Source: Eledone cirrhosa (Eukaryota). Taken from it: a stretch of 64,000 nt of DNA. Location: the NCBI GenBank assembly GCA_964016885.1, contig OZ024740.1:183024001-183088000 (forward strand), given 5' to 3'. Below, one piece after another: positions 59,041 through 64,000 of this stretch (position 1 is its first letter; every line of letters starts with the position of its first letter). Under the pieces are notes generated by a model, which was not told where the DNA came from, ran no database searches, and saw only the letters and a program-made list of their open reading frames with translations. Position numbers and translations under genes: made by a program.

Positions 59041-59870
59041 TACAATATAATTGAATAAACAAGAAAGATGAACACTAATATAAACATACATGTGTTCGAA
59101 TCGTAAGGACCAAATATAGGTATGTTATTTTTCTTTATTTTTCTTAATTTAATAATTAAACTTAAGGATAACAAACTATATTGCTGTAGTTAGTATTTTT
59201 TCACCCGAGCAAATTTGGTCGTTACGATTCGGAGACATGTATGTTTATATTAGTGTTCATCTTTCTTGTTTATTCAATTATATTGTACAGCTCGGAAAAG
59301 CTTTTTTCTTAGAGCTATTTAATTGTAAAAGACTACCCTGAGTTCTTAACTCAATATATATTTGTCGGCTCCATCATGTAGAGCTAATTTTTATTGTCTT
59401 GACAGCCAGGCTGCTATTTTTAGCGGCAGGGAATTTCGAGACAAGCTGGGTTACGAATGACACGTGCGATAATTAATATCGTACATAATTCATTCTCTAA
59501 TATTTTTAGAAGTGAAAGGATCACTAATTTCTCAACAACTACTGATGAGCAGAGAAACGTGAGAACTTCACTTAATAAGTCGTTGCGGAACAGTCTCCAA
59601 CACTGTCTAGTTGTTACCAGGAATTTTTGCCCTATAAAGCTATGCTATTTTTCTTAATTTAATATTTAAAGTTAAGGATAACAAACCATATTGCTGTAGT
59701 TAGTATTTTTTCACCCTAACAAATTGGCTCCTTACGCTTCGAACACATGTATGTTTATATTAGTGTTCATCTTTCTTGTTTATTCAATTATATTGTACGG
59801 CTCAGAAAAGCTTTTTTCTTAGAGCTATTTAATTGTAAGAGACTACCCTCAGTTCTTAACTCAATATATA
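59041..59870 (+). mobile_element. Retrozyme-like element: 510-nt period, about 1.45 copies, 75-bp 5' inversion, (TA)n 3' end
   Basis: Direct repeats 59136-59360 and 59646-59870; 59041-59115 is the reverse complement of 59213-59287; HHR at 59534-59615. Confidence 0.85.
59534..59615 (+). ncRNA. Type I hammerhead ribozyme (GUC site at 59607; A13G variant)
   Basis: Stem I AACAACTA/TAGTTGTT; CTGATGA; stem II GCAG/TTGC; GGA-ACAGT ctccaac ACTGT-C. Confidence 0.85.
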
Positions 59871-59902
59871 TATATATATACATACATATATATATATATA
59901 TA

Positions 59903-60018
<116 letters not shown>

Positions 60019-60367
60019 AGTTTAGATTGATATCCAGTGATTTGGATTTCATTGTTTACAATTTGCTCCACGAATTCATTTGGATCACAAACAAAGGATA
60101 AATTGTAAGACAACATTCCCAGCCAGATGCCTAAGCTATGAAAACAGTATAATTATTGTATCAATAGATTAACATATAAAAACCTAAAAGTAATCACTAT
60201 TTCATCAATTGAAACAACCTGTATCCTCCTAATTTAAAACACAAACGCCTGCCAGAGTACAAAAATCCATGTCTAAGCTGGTGCAGTACTTTTTCACATT
60301 CCGCGGAGAATCCACTGGTCATTGTTTAATAATAAATCCATAACCAGCAATACACAAACATTATATA

Positions 60368-60403
<36 letters not shown>

Positions 60404-60454
60404 TACACAAACATACTCACACACATACACATATATGCATACATTTACACATAT

Positions 60455-60800
60455 ATATCATCATCACCATTTAAGATACATTTTCCACACTAGCATGGGT
60501 TAAATGAGTTGTACCGTTTGCGAGATAAGTCAGTTCAGATGATTATGTCTTGCACACACAGAACTGTTGCTGGCTTAGTTTCTAAACCACATTTATAGTA
60601 TGGACTGGGTGCTTTTTATTGTGGCACCAAAATGAAATGACAACTTTACAGTGTGAACTGGGCGCTTTTTGTCATGGCACTGAAACAACCACTTTATAGT
60701 GTGGACTGAGTGCCTGTCACAGCACCTAAACAACCACTTTACAGTGTGGACTGAGCACTTGGCACCAAACCGACCACATTTCAGTGTGGACTGGATGTTT
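60455..60800 (-). mobile_element. RTE 3'UTR remnant with about 5 copies of a ~40-bp unit
   Basis: ACTTTACAGTGTGGACTG-like unit that also occurs in RTE 3'UTRs; CTAGCATGGGTT tail motif. Confidence 0.7.
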
Positions 60801-62599
60801 AATATACAGCTGGCATATGCTGAGTTTTCACTGAGAAAATTTGTTTGGAAATTAGCTAGTATACAGCAAGAACGACAAGAAGTACTATCAATGACCACCC
60901 AGCATGTAATAAATATGGCAGATCTTATATCAGAAGGACCACTTGCAAGCTGCACATGCACCTCAAAGTGCTCATTCATATTACTGTTTCTTCTGATAGA
61001 AAACATCAGGAGAAATATCGGAACCAAGATTTCATGATAACTATCAAAGCCGTACATTAAATCCCTCTATCAACAACAGACATGAGTGTGTGTGTGTGTG
61101 TGTGGGGGGGGGGGGTTCTTAATCTACTATATAATATAGAAGAGTGATGTTGATTGGTGTCTTCATGCATCACACAAAATCGAAAACTGACAATCAAAAA
61201 GTAAGTACACCAATAGAATAAGGCTATGTCCAGAAAGGTATATTGATACTCATTTTACAACATCAAAGAAAAAGAAAAACATCCCAGATATGCTAACCAA
61301 CCTAACTGATATTTCTAGCAGGCTGGGAGACAACTATAAAGGATTCTCTCTGCATTATCAGCGATTCTCATGTTTCATGGCCAGCATCTCTATGGATTTG
61401 AATACTGGTTTACCGACAGACTCACAATATATAATTATCTATGTTCATATATAATATGAAAGAGAGATGTTTGCTGGTTGGTGTCTTTGCACATCACCCA
61501 CAATCGAAAACTGACAATCTAAAAGTTCCCTCTTAAAGCCAATTTTGCTATGACCATAAATAAAAGTCAGGTTCAGAGTTTCAATGTTATAGGATTGTAT
61601 ATGAGAGAAACGGTTTTTACCCATGTAGGTTGTTTACAAATGGGAACACCTAGAAATCTTCATATAATATGCATGAATGGTAAAACAAAGAATATGGTGT
61701 CTCTGGGAGATTTTTTACTGTTTTATTTGCCTTTCACACACACGCACTTACACTGGGCTCAACTCATACTGTCAACTAGACAATGTATCTAATACAGTCA
61801 TTTTTTCTTCTACCTGTCTTCTCTTATCTATTTACCTTGGTGAAGCTGAGTACCTCAGCTAAGGATTAATGTAACACTACTAATTTATTTTATCTAGGTG
61901 AAGACTTAACAAGTTGGACTCGGTGCTTTTTTTCTGATTCCTTCACAACATTGTCATTAACATGACCCCTCTATAGGGTTAACTAAGCACTTCTGTCATG
62001 TCACCGACCTGCCCACTCCACAGGGCAATTTACAGGGTGGACAGGATGGAGTGGGTGCCTCTTGTTGTGTCACCAACATGATCAGTTTACAGCATGGACT
62101 GGGTGCTTATTTGTCATATCACAAGCATGACCACCTTGCTGAGAGAACTAGGTGCTATTTTGTCATGGCACCAGCATGAGCCCCTTATTTGATGGACTAG
62201 AGGCTTTTGTTGTCACCAGCATACCATAGTACTGAGAGCTATTAGCAATTAGTCAGTTAAGCAGCATTGTTGGTTAAGAGAGGTATGTCAGATGTGGAAA
62301 GCGAGAGGTGTAGTGTGTGGATTTTAGAGGTAGGTGATAGAGTGATGAGATGTGGGAAATATATGGAAGCGGGGAGGAGAAGTGGTACAAGAGACTGCAG
62401 TACTGTATGGAGTAGGGAGAAGTAGTGCAAACTAGAGGTCACTAAATGTTTCATATGGGAAGGTGGGTTTTCTGAAGTACTGCATAAGACCAGAGATCTT
62501 GATTCTGTGTCATTGCCTTTTATCATTCTAAACTCTCCTTGGTCTTCCTCTTCCATAGCTATCATCAACTTCAAGTCACCTGTAGTTTTTTTATAAAGC

Positions 62600-63085
62600 T
62601 GTCATCCTTCATATGCCTTAAATGTCCATGCTAATGTAATCTTCTCTCCTGCACCCTGTATCTGGTGCCTTTTACATCTTGCTGAGAATATTGATATACT
62701 GGAAACTGTTCAGAGATGTGCAACCAAATGAATAACTTCCATCGGGCATCTACTATACTCTGAATGCTTTGCTTCCCTGGGTATGGATACATTAAAGCTC
62801 CAACATCTGGCAACTGACTTGGTAGACACCCACAAGATTATTAACCATCTTACCAGCAACAGCATTGAGCACCTTTTTGAATTCCATGTGTGTAACACCT
62901 CAGGACATGTTTACAAAATCAGAGAACAGTACATCTCCCATGACTTTTGGAAACATTTTTTTCATGCTCAGCGTTGCTGAAGCATGGAACAAACTACCTA
63001 CATCAGATAGATGCTGGAACACTGCATCCTTCAAAACTTCCATGCGTCCCAAAATTCATCAACAATACACCTGGTATTCCCCCTC
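62600..63085 (+). mobile_element. Old CR1-like LINE 3' remnant
   Basis: DL..THKII, FF...V.EAWNKLP and SFK motifs. Confidence 0.7.
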
Positions 63086-63244
63086 CATACACATGCACAC
63101 ATGTGTGCATGTGTGTGTGTCTGTGTGTAAACCATGACTCATACACTGTTCACTTTCCTGACATTTTTACATTATTTCATGTACATCTGATGTGTTGTAG
63201 TGCACCTGAGCATTGTACACAATTTTCATTATTATTATTATATC

Positions 63245-63440
63245 CAGGGCAGTGGATTGGCAGTATCGGTAGAAGGTCGGATGCCATGCTTTGCAGCAAA
63301 GAGTTACGGCCCTTTGTGGTCTGAGTTCAAATCCCGCCGAGGTTAACTTTGCCTTTCATCCTTACGGGGTCGATAAAATAAAGTACCAGTAATACACTGG
63401 GATAATTGTTGGCCTTGTGCCAAAAGTAGAAATTATTATT
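63245..63440 (+). mobile_element. tRNA-derived SINE (OK-like)
   Basis: Intact A and B boxes and core. Confidence 0.88.
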
Positions 63441-63444
63441 ATAT

Positions 63445-63780
63445 CCAGTTTCTCTCTCAATTCATTTATGCATTAATGTTCATGTATTATTACATATCCA
63501 TTGGAGCATGCAAGCTTCGTTTTTTTTCCAATTTACATAGGTCTTCTGCACAAAGTGACCAAGTCTCATTACTATGCAGCACTGTTGTTTGTATACACAT
63601 CATATGATCTGCCTTTCATTTTAAGGCAAAAACCTTTTGTAGCTAACAGCTCCTTGAACCTTTCTCATTGTGTTCTCACTATGTCAATTGTACTTTCAGA
63701 ACACGCCCCTCACTGATAATTTGGTCACCCATGTTACAGAATCTGTCAACTGCTTCTACATAACCCTACAAGAATTTGAT
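63445..63780 (-). mobile_element. Degenerate RTE fragment
   Basis: Reverse complement matches the KGF.LKMKGR.YD...NEACML region. Confidence 0.75.
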
Positions 63781-64000
63781 AGAGCTTGTTTCGCGTGAGT
63801 GTCTTCTGCTTACTACTCCTGTGCCTCAACGACATGAAAGCCTACTTTCTTTGCTAGCCTACAACTCTTGTGTAGGCATAGATGACAGTTGGGACAGAGG
63901 ATGGAATTCCTACCTACAACTTTCCTACACCTTGAACATGTTCAGTTCAATGAGCAGATTGAAGTTGGTATTGGGTCTATAACACAAATATGGATCTTGA

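Noticed and set aside
60586-60795. CRISPR-like repeat array
   Set aside because: These are degenerate tandem units of an RTE 3'UTR with no unique spacers or cas genes, in a eukaryotic context.
63245-63340. tRNA genes (also near 5012, 49743, 40750)
   Set aside because: A/B boxes are fused to SINE bodies and no complete cloverleaf forms.

Overview
Repeat-saturated, gene-poor eukaryotic DNA, most likely from an octopod cephalopod (inferred from OK-like tRNA SINEs, RTE/CR1 LINE types and very large (TA)n arrays). No host gene could be identified. Contents: a young CR1-type LINE with an open EN-RT frame (11.1-14.0 kb); a near-intact RTE LINE (21.7-25.4 kb) plus many RTE fragments; a BovB-like RTE with zinc fingers and its short derivatives; three Penelope-like (PLE) fragments; a non-coding LTR element with a tRNA-Trp PBS and 4-bp TSD; a hAT fragment; and SINEs. 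The main observation is about 25 type I hammerhead ribozyme (HHR) motifs (intact, degenerate or half), folded by hand. They lie in short non-coding units between (TA)n arrays. Four loci behave as 1.25-1.5 turns of a 510-594 nt HHR-containing monomer, two with PLE-style inverted segments, and one copy starts exactly at the predicted cleavage site. This suggests several families of retrozyme-like, PLE-mobilised, possibly circular RNA elements targeting (TA)n. Alignments and folds were done by eye, so boundaries are approximate.
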